64,000 nucleotides of DNA from Candidatus Parcubacteria bacterium (GTDB taxonomy: Bacteria; Patescibacteriota; Minisyncoccia; Phycocordibacterales; JAACPR01): assembly GCA_009995365.1 (NCBI GenBank), contig JAACPR010000002.1:14428-78427 (forward strand). Reading direction: 5' to 3'. The notes under the pieces are model-generated. The model was given only the letters and a program-made list of their open reading frames with translations. It did no database searches and was not told where the DNA came from. Of this stretch, positions 1 through 10,087 are shown one piece after another (position 1 is the stretch's first letter; each line of letters starts with the position of its first letter). The position numbers were made by a program, and so were the translations under genes.

Positions 1-1403
1 CTAGAGATCGTGTTTCATCAGCAATTAGAAATTCTGGTTTCGATTCTCCTAAACAGCAAAATTACAAAATTACAATTTCTCTTTCTCCAGCAAATCTAAA
101 GAAATCTGGTTCAATTTTTGATTTAGCGATTGCTTTGGGGTATTTAAAATCATCAGAACAAATAAAATTCAATCCAAAAGGAAAGATTTTTGTAGGAGAA
201 CTTTCACTTGATGGAAAAGTTAAGAAAATTAATGGAATTTTACAGATTTTAATTTTTGCAAAGAAAAATAATTTTAAAGAGATTTATATACCTGAAGAAA
301 ACATCAAGGAGGCGAAATTGGTTTTTGGAATTAAAATATATCCGGTAAAAAACCTTGGTCATATAGTGGGTTTTTTGACTAAAAAGATAAATATTAATCC
401 TTTGAATAACAACGGTGACGATTTTAAAAAACAAATTTTAGAAGCTATTAATCCGACAAACGAGTCACAAAATAAGATTGATTTTTCCCAGATAAAAGGA
501 AACGAGAATGCAAAAAGGGTTTTACTAATTTCTGCATGCGGAGGTCATAATGTTTGCTTATATGGACCTCCTGGAACAGGGAAAACTTTGCTTTCCAAGG
601 CTTTTCACACAATTTTACCAACTCTAGATTATGAAAAAATTATTGAATCAACATCAATTCATTCAATGCGAGAGTTAGAAAATAATTTAATAATTAACCC
701 ACCCTTTAGAAGTCCACACCACACCGCCTCATATTCAGCAATCATAGGTGGAGGCAGAGATATTAAACCTGGCGAAATAACCCTAGCACATAACGGCATA
801 CTTTTTATGGATGAATTTCCAGAATTTGATAGAAAAGTTATAAATTCCCTCAGACAACCCATGGAAGACAAGAAAATTAAAATAGCCAGATCAAATGAAA
901 AAGTTGAATACCCTTGTGATTTTCAACTATTAATAACTATGAACCCATGCCCGTGTGGCTTTAAAAATTCACCACACAAGGAATGTAAATGTTCGACTAG
1001 GGAATTAGGGAATTATCGTAAAAAATTATCAGGACCAATTGAAGATAGAATAGATATGTTTTGCCAAGTTTCAAAGGTCAGTTATAAAAAACTATTAGAG
1101 AAAAAAGTAGATGATAAAAATTCCGATCAATTAAAAAGAATCGTCAAAAAAATCAGAGAAACACAATTGACGAGACAGAACAAACTAAACAACGAATTAA
1201 ACAACCAAGATATCAAAGCAATGATTACAAAAAATGATCTGCGAGAATTTAATGAGATTTCTGAAAAATTAAACTTATCCGCCAGAGCCTACTTCAAAAT
1301 ATTAAAAGTTGCCAGAACTATTTCCGACTTAGAGAACTGTCATAAAATAAAAATACCTCATATATTAGAGGCATTACAATATAAAAATAGTATTTATTAT
1401 TAA
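1..1403 (+). CDS. comM: ComM/YifB family Mg-chelatase-like AAA+ ATPase (5'-partial)
   Basis: Frame is open from the window edge (RDRVSSAIRNSG...ISLSPANLKKSGSIFDLAIA). Motifs GELSLDG, Walker A GPPGTGKT, PFRSPHH, GEITLAHNGILFMDEFPEF, MNPCPCG, LSARAY. Confidence 0.93.
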   Translation, partial: RDRVSSAIRNSGFDSPKQQNYKITISLSPANLKKSGSIFDLAIALGYLKSSEQIKFNPKGKIFVGELSLDGKVKKINGILQILIFAKKNNFKEIYIPEENIKEAKLVFGIKIYPVKNLGHIVGFLTKKININPLNNNGDDFKKQILEAINPTNESQNKIDFSQIKGNENAKRVLLISACGGHNVCLYGPPGTGKTLLSKAFHTILPTLDYEKIIESTSIHSMRELENNLIINPPFRSPHHTASYSAIIGGGRDIKPGEITLAHNGILFMDEFPEFDRKVINSLRQPMEDKKIKIARSNEKVEYPCDFQLLITMNPCPCGFKNSPHKECKCSTRELGNYRKKLSGPIEDRIDMFCQVSKVSYKKLLEKKVDDKNSDQLKRIVKKIRETQLTRQNKLNNELNNQDIKAMITKNDLREFNEISEKLNLSARAYFKILKVARTISDLENCHKIKIPHILEALQYKNSIYY

Positions 1404-1405
1404 AA

Positions 1406-2419
1406 CTAATCTATATAACAGCGACTTCCAACAGAACAAGACTGAAGTGGATTGTCTGCTCCACGAACTTCGAAGTGGAGGTGGTTACCTGTTGAGCGAC
1501 CTGTTGAACCAACATACCCGATCACTTCTCCCGCTTCTACAACTTGTCCGACATAGACCGCATTACTACTTTGGTGTGAATAAAGAGTTTGTGTTCCATT
1601 TGGATGTGAAATTACTATATAGTTACCGTAACCACCATTCCAACTACCAGATTTACTTGTTATAACCTTACCTGACGCAGCCGCATAAATAGGAGTCCCA
1701 TAAGGAACACCAATATCAATACCGTTATATCCATGGAGTGCTTGGGTAATAATTCCACCCGGAATTGGATTTTGGAAATACCCGCCTGATACATTTGAAG
1801 ATGGTGCTGCAGCAAATTTTGCTGAAGAAGTTTTACCATCTGAGCTACTTTCTGACTCGAATTTATTATCAACATGAGGGACAATTATCTCTTGCCCTTT
1901 TTCAAGAATATCTTTAGAGCTTAGACCGTTGAATAGAGCAATCTCCTCAACATCAGCATCGTAAATTTCGGCAACATCTTTGATTGTTCCTCCATGTTTA
2001 ATAGTATGGGTGATACCTGTGACAGGCAAAATGACAAGCTCTTGTCCTGGTTGAATTGATCCAGAAAAATCATTGGCCCATCTAATAGTATTAACTGACA
2101 CATCAAACATATCAGCAATTTGAGAAAGTGTATCTCCTTCGCGCACCCTGTAGACAGATATCTTACCGTTTTTAGGCTTATTAATAACGATATCTTTACT
2201 CAAGATTGAATTATTAGGAACAAGCGCAGATTCATCAACAATTTCAATACTACCACCCCCAAGAGCAAATTCGGCACTTTTTGAACCATCTAAAATCGAC
2301 AAATTCTGAGAATTAGAATTTGTCGGATTATTTTGAACTACTATTTTATCTCCACTGAAAATAGAGAAGACACCAGCTGATACAAAAAGTGGCAACCAAA
2401 TAAAAGCCCCCACAATCAT
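1406..2419 (-). CDS. LysM + M23 family peptidase (cell-wall endopeptidase)
   Basis: LysM repeats (YRVREGDTLSQIADMF). M23 motifs HGYNGIDIG, YGNYIVISH, GSTGRSTGNHLHFEVR. The frame stays open upstream to 2533, so the start is uncertain. Confidence 0.9.
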   Translation of the reverse strand: MIVGAFIWLPLFVSAGVFSIFSGDKIVVQNNPTNSNSQNLSILDGSKSAEFALGGGSIEIVDESALVPNNSILSKDIVINKPKNGKISVYRVREGDTLSQIADMFDVSVNTIRWANDFSGSIQPGQELVILPVTGITHTIKHGGTIKDVAEIYDADVEEIALFNGLSSKDILEKGQEIIVPHVDNKFESESSSDGKTSSAKFAAAPSSNVSGGYFQNPIPGGIITQALHGYNGIDIGVPYGTPIYAAASGKVITSKSGSWNGGYGNYIVISHPNGTQTLYSHQSSNAVYVGQVVEAGEVIGYVGSTGRSTGNHLHFEVRGADNPLQSCSVGSRCYID

Positions 2420-2639
2420 TGTTTTTTGGAAATTGTGGTTTTTTAAAGTTTTTATGATTTTGACCTTATTATTAGCTCTACCGTAATCGGAGAGTGGGTC
2501 GTTTTTTTTAGTTGATTCTATGATAAGCCTTGTTTAAAGCGGTATTTCATGAAATCTGCCTTTGATCTACGGATCGCCCTCTTGCCTGCTTTCTTTGTGC
2601 TATTAGTAGTATAAACACCCCAAAGACAAAGTCAAACAG

Positions 2640-2648
2640 TTATACACA
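2640..2648 (+). promoter_or_regulatory. Isolated DnaA box consensus (TTATACACA) next to the -35 region of the M23 peptidase promoter
   Basis: Exact TTATNCACA match. Minus-strand TTGACT-N16-TATACT promoter lies at about 2608-2635. A single box could be chance. Confidence 0.35.
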
Positions 2649-2696
2649 GAGGCAATTTTGAGGGATTTTTGTCAAATTTTTTGTTTTTCAAAAATA

Positions 2697-2722
2697 AAAG
2701 CCCCGCACTTTTGCGAGACTTG
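2697..2722 (-). terminator. Intrinsic terminator of the DUF6915-like gene
   Basis: Minus strand AAGTCTCGC-loop-GCGGGGCTT followed by T-run. Confidence 0.6.
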
Positions 2723-2750
2723 TAATAAAATTATATTTAGACCAAGAAAA

Positions 2751-3248
2751 TCAGTCGAGAGTTCCTGGAGCTCCTCCACAACCTCTTTTGTGTAGCGGAG
2801 TTAGAGAAGGAATCTCATCAGCCTCCAAAACTTTTTCTTCGCCACTTTCGATTTTTTCTCTTAAATAGATTTTATCGAGATCTGGCTCAGGTAATCCACT
2901 ACAACTTGGTGGGCGTTCTTTTTCTGCATTATTCATCCAATCAGAATATCTAATTGCTGAAAGATAATCAGAAGCCGAAGGAAAATTTCCTCTAAAATCT
3001 TCCATTATGTGCCATTGACCAATATCTCTGACCGACACTTTATCACCATCTGAGTTTTCGATTACTTTACCAAAAACTTTCTCCAAGATTGTAGCAACAA
3101 ACCAGGAGTTATGGGTTAAAGCTCTATGTCTCAAATCGGCATGTGAATTTTTACTGGAATCCATTAATTCATGAATTTCAATATAATCTTCTGGTTTTCC
3201 GCCAAATCTCTTGGAACTCATTTCTGCGTGATATATAGGTGTTCCCAT
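2751..3248 (-). CDS. DUF6915-like protein
   Basis: Pattern P.YHA..S.KRFGG.PEDY..IH...DSSK...AD.RHRAL.H...NSDG..VSVRDIG..H..ED recalled from this family. Strong SD (AGGAGGAG). Confidence 0.7.
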   Translation of the reverse strand: MGTPIYHAEMSSKRFGGKPEDYIEIHELMDSSKNSHADLRHRALTHNSWFVATILEKVFGKVIENSDGDKVSVRDIGQWHIMEDFRGNFPSASDYLSAIRYSDWMNNAEKERPPSCSGLPEPDLDKIYLREKIESGEEKVLEADEIPSLTPLHKRGCGGAPGTLD

Positions 3249-3374
3249 CTTGTTCTCCTCCTAGGTTTATTGTTATTTTTCTAAATAAAGTTCACTTTAT
3301 AAAAACCTTACTATAAAAATAATCTTTGTCTAATCTTTCAAGTTTTTCAAATGTGTTAGAATAAGTCCTCAAAG

Positions 3375-5321
3375 ATGAAATATTTAGACGAACTAAATCA
3401 ATATCAGCGCAACGCCGTCGAGGAAACAGAAGGGCCAGTGATTATCTTGGCTGGTGCAGGATCAGGAAAAACTAGGACGATAACATATAGAATTGCTCAC
3501 TTAATAAACAAAGGGGTAGAGCCGAACAAAATCCTTGCTGTAACCTTTACCAACAAGGCGGCTAATGAAATGCGAGAAAGGGTCAACCAACTTTTAATAG
3601 AAAATTCTAATTTTAACAAACCAACTGAAATAGAAGGGCGCCCTCTGATTAGGACTTTTCACTCATTAGGAGTCTATATCTTGAGACATTGCTACAAAGA
3701 ACTAAACCTACCAAAAAACTTTTCAATATTAGATCGCGCAGATTCCAAGAAAATCGTCCGCGACGCCATGAGACAAGAAGGATACGATCCAAAAGAGCAT
3801 GACCCTAATAAAATCTTGGGGATAATTTCTAGATCAAAAGGGGATATGCTGACCTCTGAGGAATACAAAGAAAAAGATAGCAACCCATATAGAAGCGAGA
3901 TGGTAGCAAGAGTTTGGAAAATCTACGATCAAAAAGTTCGTGAAAATAAATCACTAGATTTTGACGACTTGTTAGTGGAAACTGCGAAATTACTTCGAGA
4001 TAATGTGCCCGTCCGCGAAGCTTTTCAAAAAAAATGGCAATACATTCACATCGATGAATACCAAGACACCAACGAGGTTCAATATTTAATCACCAAAATC
4101 CTAGCGGCAAACCATCAGAATATTTGTGTTGTTGGTGATGTTGATCAAAATATTTATTCTTGGCGCGGAGCGACCATTAAAAACATTATGAATTTTGAAA
4201 CTGATTATAGTGATGTTAAGGAGATTGTTTTAGAGGAAAACTATCGATCAACTGCCAATATTTTGGATGCGGCTAACGATATTATTAAGAAAAACACCGT
4301 GAGAAAGGAAAAAAATCTTTTCACCCGCAACAAAGAGGGCGAAAAAATCACTGTCTACCAGGCACTTGATGAATATGACGAAGCAACTTTCGCGGTTAAC
4401 CGCGCACAAGAATTAATCAACAATGGCACCCCAGCAAATGAAATTGCTTTTCTATATCGCGCTAATTATCAATCTCGTGTTTTAGAAGAAGTGGCTTTGC
4501 GAAATAACCTCCACCACCAAGTCGTTGGAACTCGTTTCTTTGATAGAAAAGAAGTAAAAGATGTTATCTCTTATATAAAAGCAGCTCTGAACGAAGACGA
4601 TTTCACCAGTATGAACAGAGTTATTAATACTCCGGCTCGTGGAATAGGAAAAGTTACTGTCTTAAAAATATTCGAAGGGCGCGAAAAAGAATTGAATGGT
4701 GCAACCGCTGCAAAGGTCTCTAATTTCCGAGCACTTTTAGAGAGAATCCGTAATGAAATTCGTCGTAGCAAGCCCAGTGGTGTAATTCAATACATAATTA
4801 AGGAAGCAGGATTTGAAGCAAAATTAAAAACAGAAGGTGAAGACGGATTGGAGCGACTGCAAAACATGAAAGAGTTAGCTTCTTTGGCTAGCAAATATGA
4901 CAACCTCGACGAACCAATGGAGAAATTTTTGGAAAGCGTTGCTTTATCAACTGATCAGGACGAATTAGAAAAAGATGACGGCGGGGTAAAATTAATGACA
5001 GTTCACGCTGCCAAAGGATTAGAGTTCGACAATGTTTTCATCACAGGATTAGAACAAGGACTTTTCCCAATGCAACGAGATAGCGAAAAAACCGAAGACC
5101 AAGAAGAAGAGCGTAGACTATTTTATGTTGCGGTTACTCGCGCTCGCAAGAAACTATTTTTATTATGGGCCAACTTTCGAACCGTCTTTGGATCAAAAGA
5201 AGTCAACATATCTAGCGAATTTATCGATGATATTAACGAGGAAATTATCGAGACAGAAAATCTAGGTGGCAAAAAGGACGACTCTGATGGTGGAAAAATT
5301 GAATACTTGATTGATTTTTAA
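3375..5321 (+). CDS. pcrA: ATP-dependent DNA helicase PcrA/UvrD
   Basis: AGAGSGKT, TFTNKAA, IDEYQDTN, VGDVDQNIYSWRGA, LEENYRS, MTVHAAKGLEF, EERRLFYVAVTRA. Confidence 0.96.
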   Translation: MKYLDELNQYQRNAVEETEGPVIILAGAGSGKTRTITYRIAHLINKGVEPNKILAVTFTNKAANEMRERVNQLLIENSNFNKPTEIEGRPLIRTFHSLGVYILRHCYKELNLPKNFSILDRADSKKIVRDAMRQEGYDPKEHDPNKILGIISRSKGDMLTSEEYKEKDSNPYRSEMVARVWKIYDQKVRENKSLDFDDLLVETAKLLRDNVPVREAFQKKWQYIHIDEYQDTNEVQYLITKILAANHQNICVVGDVDQNIYSWRGATIKNIMNFETDYSDVKEIVLEENYRSTANILDAANDIIKKNTVRKEKNLFTRNKEGEKITVYQALDEYDEATFAVNRAQELINNGTPANEIAFLYRANYQSRVLEEVALRNNLHHQVVGTRFFDRKEVKDVISYIKAALNEDDFTSMNRVINTPARGIGKVTVLKIFEGREKELNGATAAKVSNFRALLERIRNEIRRSKPSGVIQYIIKEAGFEAKLKTEGEDGLERLQNMKELASLASKYDNLDEPMEKFLESVALSTDQDELEKDDGGVKLMTVHAAKGLEFDNVFITGLEQGLFPMQRDSEKTEDQEEERRLFYVAVTRARKKLFLLWANFRTVFGSKEVNISSEFIDDINEEIIETENLGGKKDDSDGGKIEYLIDF

Positions 5322-5827
5322 ATTGAAAAATTAGAAACTATGTCTTGAATATTATTTTCATCCCAAAAATGTAATATGTATCTAATTCCATTTTTCTCAG
5401 TTATATAATACGTTGTATCTGTTATTTCTATACCATTAAAATCTTGTTTTGTTTCGTAACATCCACCTTGGTAGCAATATAAATTATCCATAACCTTCCA
5501 ATTTAATGAATTAATCTCTTTTTCTGAATAGTTTTCTATTTCACAAAGAAGTTGTATACAACTATCCTCTATATTTTCTATAAGTAATGTGAATTTTGCT
5601 TCATCATCATTAAAAAAATCAACTCCATTAGTATTTTCTTCAAAAGAATAACTCGCTGGATAGCCAATCTTAACACCCATACCAACATAATAATCTTCAT
5701 ATATTTGTGATTCTCTATTTTCTGTTAAATTATCTTCTGTATTGTTTTTATCTAAAATAAAATAAATAAAACCTCCTAAAATTATTAATAGTAAAATTGC
5801 AATTATAATATCTTTTGTTTTTTTCAT
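5318..5827 (-). CDS. Hypothetical membrane-anchored protein
   Basis: N-terminal TM helix. Extended -10 (TGATATTAT) 6 nt before ATG. Very low GC. Confidence 0.7.
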   Translation of the reverse strand: MKKTKDIIIAILLLIILGGFIYFILDKNNTEDNLTENRESQIYEDYYVGMGVKIGYPASYSFEENTNGVDFFNDDEAKFTLLIENIEDSCIQLLCEIENYSEKEINSLNWKVMDNLYCYQGGCYETKQDFNGIEITDTTYYITEKNGIRYILHFWDENNIQDIVSNFSI

Positions 5828-5924
5828 GGTTTTAATAATATCACTAATTAATTAACTGAGAAACATTTGCAATAAAACAAAGCTTCTGATACCATTTACT
5901 ACGTAAATAATATACCTAATTTAA

Positions 5925-6845
5925 ATGGTTAAAATAGAGAAAAAAAAGATAGGAAACAAAGGTTTTTATTACTTATCAGAGCAAATAAAAATCGGTAAAA
6001 AATTTAAAAAAATTCAGGTTTATATAGGAAAAAATATACCTAAAGATTTAAGTGTTTTTTATAGTAGGTTAGAAAAAAAAGAAATCCATATAGTATTAAA
6101 TAATATTTCTGACATTTTTAATATTGAAAGAGGTTTAATTGATACATATAAAAAAATTGAAAAAACGAGAATTCAATTTAAATACCTGTTTTTAAATTCT
6201 TCTGAAAAAAACGAATCAATATTTTGGAGAGATTTTGCCATTAAATTTATTTTTGAATCAAATTCAATTGAAGGAAGTAGATTATCTGAAAAGGAAGTTG
6301 AAAATATAGTTAAAAAAAATTACATCAAAAAAAGTTTAGATAGAAAAGAAATCATCGAGGTTGAAAATTCCATAAAAGCTTTTAAAAAAATAAAAGAATC
6401 TAAATTTAGACTTAACCAAAATTCTATAAAAGAATTACATGAAATTATTGTTAATAATCTTGGAATCGAAACTGGCTATAAAAAAAGTAAAATTATTGTT
6501 AACAATAAAGAAACTTGCTCTCCAGAAAAAGTAAGAAGTGAGATGACGAGACTTATAAAATGGTGGCAATCGGAGAGAAAGAAGAAAGTAAACCAATTCT
6601 TGTTGGCTATAAAATTTCATCAGAAATTTGAATTGATTCACCCTTTTTCAGATGGTAATGGACGCGTTGGTAGACTTATTTTAAATTGGATGCTTTTAAA
6701 ATACGATTACAAAATTATATTGTTTAAAAATAACAATAGGAGAAAATATTTCTCGACTCTAAATTCAGCAGACGAAAATAGAAACAACAAGCTATACAGA
6801 TATTCCGTTGATGTATATAAAAACACATACAAAGAAATGACATGA
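5925..6845 (+). CDS. Fic family protein
   Basis: Canonical Fic motif HPFSDGNGRVGR, with ESNSIEG upstream motif. Confidence 0.92.
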   Translation: MVKIEKKKIGNKGFYYLSEQIKIGKKFKKIQVYIGKNIPKDLSVFYSRLEKKEIHIVLNNISDIFNIERGLIDTYKKIEKTRIQFKYLFLNSSEKNESIFWRDFAIKFIFESNSIEGSRLSEKEVENIVKKNYIKKSLDRKEIIEVENSIKAFKKIKESKFRLNQNSIKELHEIIVNNLGIETGYKKSKIIVNNKETCSPEKVRSEMTRLIKWWQSERKKKVNQFLLAIKFHQKFELIHPFSDGNGRVGRLILNWMLLKYDYKIILFKNNNRRKYFSTLNSADENRNNKLYRYSVDVYKNTYKEMT

Positions 6846-7651
6846 TAAAAAAAATATTCGCAAAAAAATCGCTAGGGCAAAATTTTTTAAAGTCCAAAAT
6901 AATCTTGAATGAAATTATTTCAGCAGGGGAAATTTCTGATGACGATTTCATAATCGAAATCGGACCGGGGAAGGGGGCTCTGACAGAAAAAATTTTAGAA
7001 ACAGGAGCGAAGGTTTTGGCTATCGAAAAAGACAGTCGACTAATTTCATTATTAGAGGAAAAATTTGAAACAGAAATTAAAAATAACCAATTGCAAATCT
7101 TAGAAGAAGATATTTTAGAATTCGACACAGGAAATGACCCGCCAGAAAATTTCAAGAATAAAAAATACAAATTAATTGCCAATATCCCTTATTACATCAC
7201 CGGACAAATCTTTGAGAAATTTTTGACGGCGGATAATCAACCAGAATTGGCAGTATTCATGATCCAAAAAGAAGTGTGCGATCGGATAGTTGCACGAGAC
7301 AACAAAGAAAGTATTCTTTCAATCTCAGTTAAAGCATACTGCGAACCTAAATACATCAGAAAAGTCCCCGCTCGATTTTTCTCTCCTACACCAAAAGTAG
7401 ACTCTGCAATCATAAAACTTCAAAACATCTCAAAGAAAACTTTTGAAGAGTCAGATGCGTCTGAAAAAGATTTTTTCGAATTAGTTAAAACCGGATTCTC
7501 ACACAAAAGAAAAGTTTTGATTTCAAACTTAAAAGAGTGGGCACAAAAAAAAGGAATTAATTTATCAGAAAAATTCGACCAGATAGGTTTAGATAAAAAA
7601 ATCCGCGCGGAAAAATTATCAGTTCAAGATTGGATTAGCTTATTAAAATAA
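6842..7651 (+). CDS. rsmA: 16S rRNA m6,2A dimethyltransferase RsmA/KsgA
   Basis: KKSLGQNFL, EIGPGKGALT, ANIPYYIT, PKVDSA, RAEKLS. Confidence 0.96.
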   Translation: MIKKIFAKKSLGQNFLKSKIILNEIISAGEISDDDFIIEIGPGKGALTEKILETGAKVLAIEKDSRLISLLEEKFETEIKNNQLQILEEDILEFDTGNDPPENFKNKKYKLIANIPYYITGQIFEKFLTADNQPELAVFMIQKEVCDRIVARDNKESILSISVKAYCEPKYIRKVPARFFSPTPKVDSAIIKLQNISKKTFEESDASEKDFFELVKTGFSHKRKVLISNLKEWAQKKGINLSEKFDQIGLDKKIRAEKLSVQDWISLLK

Positions 7652-7653
7652 AA

Positions 7654-7998
7654 CTAAGAAGTCCCAAAACCAGGAGAGCCACCACCAATTAATCCATCAT
7701 TAGGAAGACCAGTACAGTTAGTTCCGGTATAAATATAACATTGTCCACCACCAGAATAAGAGCCTAATTGATACAAACCATATGGACTACCAACCAATAA
7801 ATTAGATCCGGGTCCATAAATTAGACGCAGCATGCCTCCCGACTTGTAATCTTGAATAAATAACATAAGAGAATTACTACAATTACAATAAAAAACTCCT
7901 GATAATCTACCGCCAAAATAAGATGCATTAGAGACATTAGGAAAAGAGAATAGTGCCAATAGTGAAGTTATTATAAATGTTGCTAAAAATTTTTTCAT
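7654..7998 (-). CDS. Small secreted Cys/Gly-rich protein
   Basis: Signal peptide, CNCS motif plus two further Cys, C-terminal GTS. Confidence 0.75.
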   Translation of the reverse strand: MKKFLATFIITSLLALFSFPNVSNASYFGGRLSGVFYCNCSNSLMLFIQDYKSGGMLRLIYGPGSNLLVGSPYGLYQLGSYSGGGQCYIYTGTNCTGLPNDGLIGGGSPGFGTS

Positions 7999-8001
7999 AA
8001 A

Positions 8002-9090
8002 TTAATTATATAAGAAATCAACAAGTTGCGCATCTGAAATTCCGTTTGAATTTTGAACTTGGATAACACCTTCGACCTTTTGTTCGACAGGATCAGTAAT
8101 TTCACCACCGATATTAATATTAGAAGGTCTATCCACAGTAAATTTTATTTCATTCCCGCTTGATCTAGCAGAATAAGTCCCGAGAGCTGTCATAACAGTA
8201 TTTTCATTTTCAAAACCTGAACCTTTGATTGTTACCGTATCCCCATATTCAATAACAGAAGGCGAAATGCTAGAAATTTTTGGTGGATTATAATTATCAA
8301 CTATTTCAACAACGAGAGGTTTAGAAATATAATTTCCATTCTTTATGTAAAGTTCATATTCTCCAGCTGGCAAATTGGGCGCCTCGAACATCATAAAATT
8401 AGATTCAATATCAACATCAGAAACAACTTTATCATTTTCAAAATTAAAGAAATAAATTTCAGAATTAGAATTGACTCCAGTTCCCACAACAGTTAAGTCG
8501 TCACCAGATTCAAAAACTTTCTGAGAGACGAAGTAAACTTCCATTGTTGAATCAGAACGAATTAAGTCTGATTGGTTAGTTGTTTTATTATCTGATTGCT
8601 TTTTTTCATCACTAATAAGTTCTTCTTTTTTATCATCAAAACTAATCTCGAGATTATCATTATAATCGGATTTTAAATCAACATCTTTTTTTGATTCTTG
8701 TTGATTATTATTAGAATAAGCAACATTATTTTGATATTTATTTTTAATAAAAGAAATCGTGCTAGGACCAAAATACCCTGTTCCTTGGATAAGCCCAACA
8801 GGAGCCAAGACTTCGGATCGATATTTATTTTGAAATTTTACCAGGGCGTTTTTAGTTAAATTTCCAAAATATGTTGTCTCATTGCCGATCGATCCTACAC
8901 CAGATACAGCAACCCTTGTGTCAGAATCTTGATTTAGAATTTTCTGAAGTTCTAAAACATCTTGCCCAACATCCCCAACTTTTAAATTTCGATAAAAATT
9001 AAAAGCCTGCGTCTGCGCTTGCACTTGAACAAATGTAGTCGCGATTAACAACAAAATCAAAGAAAAAATAATTTTATAGAAACTGTTCAT
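8002..9090 (-). CDS. Secreted peptidoglycan-binding domain + Ig-like (IPT/TIG) protein
   Basis: Signal peptide. PG-binding pattern LKVGDVGQDVLELQKILN...YFGNLTKNALVKFQ...TGYFGPST. IPT-like PKISSISPS...GDTVTIKGSGF. Confidence 0.8.
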   Translation of the reverse strand: MNSFYKIIFSLILLLIATTFVQVQAQTQAFNFYRNLKVGDVGQDVLELQKILNQDSDTRVAVSGVGSIGNETTYFGNLTKNALVKFQNKYRSEVLAPVGLIQGTGYFGPSTISFIKNKYQNNVAYSNNNQQESKKDVDLKSDYNDNLEISFDDKKEELISDEKKQSDNKTTNQSDLIRSDSTMEVYFVSQKVFESGDDLTVVGTGVNSNSEIYFFNFENDKVVSDVDIESNFMMFEAPNLPAGEYELYIKNGNYISKPLVVEIVDNYNPPKISSISPSVIEYGDTVTIKGSGFENENTVMTALGTYSARSSGNEIKFTVDRPSNINIGGEITDPVEQKVEGVIQVQNSNGISDAQLVDFLYN

Positions 9091-9133
9091 TACTATAAAA
9101 TTATAGCATTTTATTTGTTATAATTTAAAGCAT

Positions 9134-10087
9134 ATGAAATTACCAGTACCGAGCCCAAAAGCATCAGGTTCAATTTTACTAATAATAATCCTATCAACTT
9201 CGATAATTGTTTATTCAAATTATAATAAACAAAATACTGTGGCAACTGGAGAAATTACAACCGAAGGAATATCGGTAACATCACAAATAAACAGAGACTC
9301 TGTAAATATAGACAGCGACGGTGATGGATTATTAGACTGGGAAGAAAGCCTGTGGGGAACTGACCCAAATAATCCTGATACTGACAGTGATGGAACAAAT
9401 GATTATGATGAGATAAAAGCTAACAGAAATCCTTTGGTGGCGGGACCTAACGACGAAAATATCGATTTAGAAGACGAAGCACTAGCGAGAATTCAATCAA
9501 GAAACTTTGACGAAGACGGACTTACAAATCAAGTGGCTTTAACTTTTGCTGATACATATTTTAATTCAAGAGATGGTAGGGAATTAACAAATGAGCAAAA
9601 AAATCTTTTAGTAAACCAACTTAGCGAACAAACAATCAAACAAATAAAATTCGACAGTATTTATACTATAAATTCTATAAGTACTTTTGACCCAATTAAT
9701 AACGACGAAAAATTAATCCGATACACAGATTTATATTTAGCAAAACAAGTAGAGTTTTTAAATTTAATCGTCCAAAATTATGAAAATACAAACTACGAAG
9801 CTTTAGGTAATGAAGTAATTAAAAAATCTAATGAAATAATGTCTATAGAAACACCCCAGCAGATCGCTAATCTTCATCTTGAATTAGCAAATAATTATTA
9901 TCAACTAGGAAATATTATCAAAACTTTTGAAAAAGAAGAGGAGGATCCATTATACGCAATGCTTTCTCTTCGTTTTTACGAAAACACACAAATTAAAATA
10001 AGAGATATAAACATACTAATAGGCGATTTTCTTGAAGAAAGTGGTATAATTTTAGGAGATAATGGAATTAAAATACAAAATGATTAA
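9134..10087 (+). CDS. Membrane-anchored protein with thrombospondin type-3-like Ca-binding repeats
   Basis: TM helix, then DSDGDGLLDWEE..WGTDPNNPDTDSDGTNDYDE. Confidence 0.8.
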   Translation: MKLPVPSPKASGSILLIIILSTSIIVYSNYNKQNTVATGEITTEGISVTSQINRDSVNIDSDGDGLLDWEESLWGTDPNNPDTDSDGTNDYDEIKANRNPLVAGPNDENIDLEDEALARIQSRNFDEDGLTNQVALTFADTYFNSRDGRELTNEQKNLLVNQLSEQTIKQIKFDSIYTINSISTFDPINNDEKLIRYTDLYLAKQVEFLNLIVQNYENTNYEALGNEVIKKSNEIMSIETPQQIANLHLELANNYYQLGNIIKTFEKEEEDPLYAMLSLRFYENTQIKIRDINILIGDFLEESGIILGDNGIKIQND

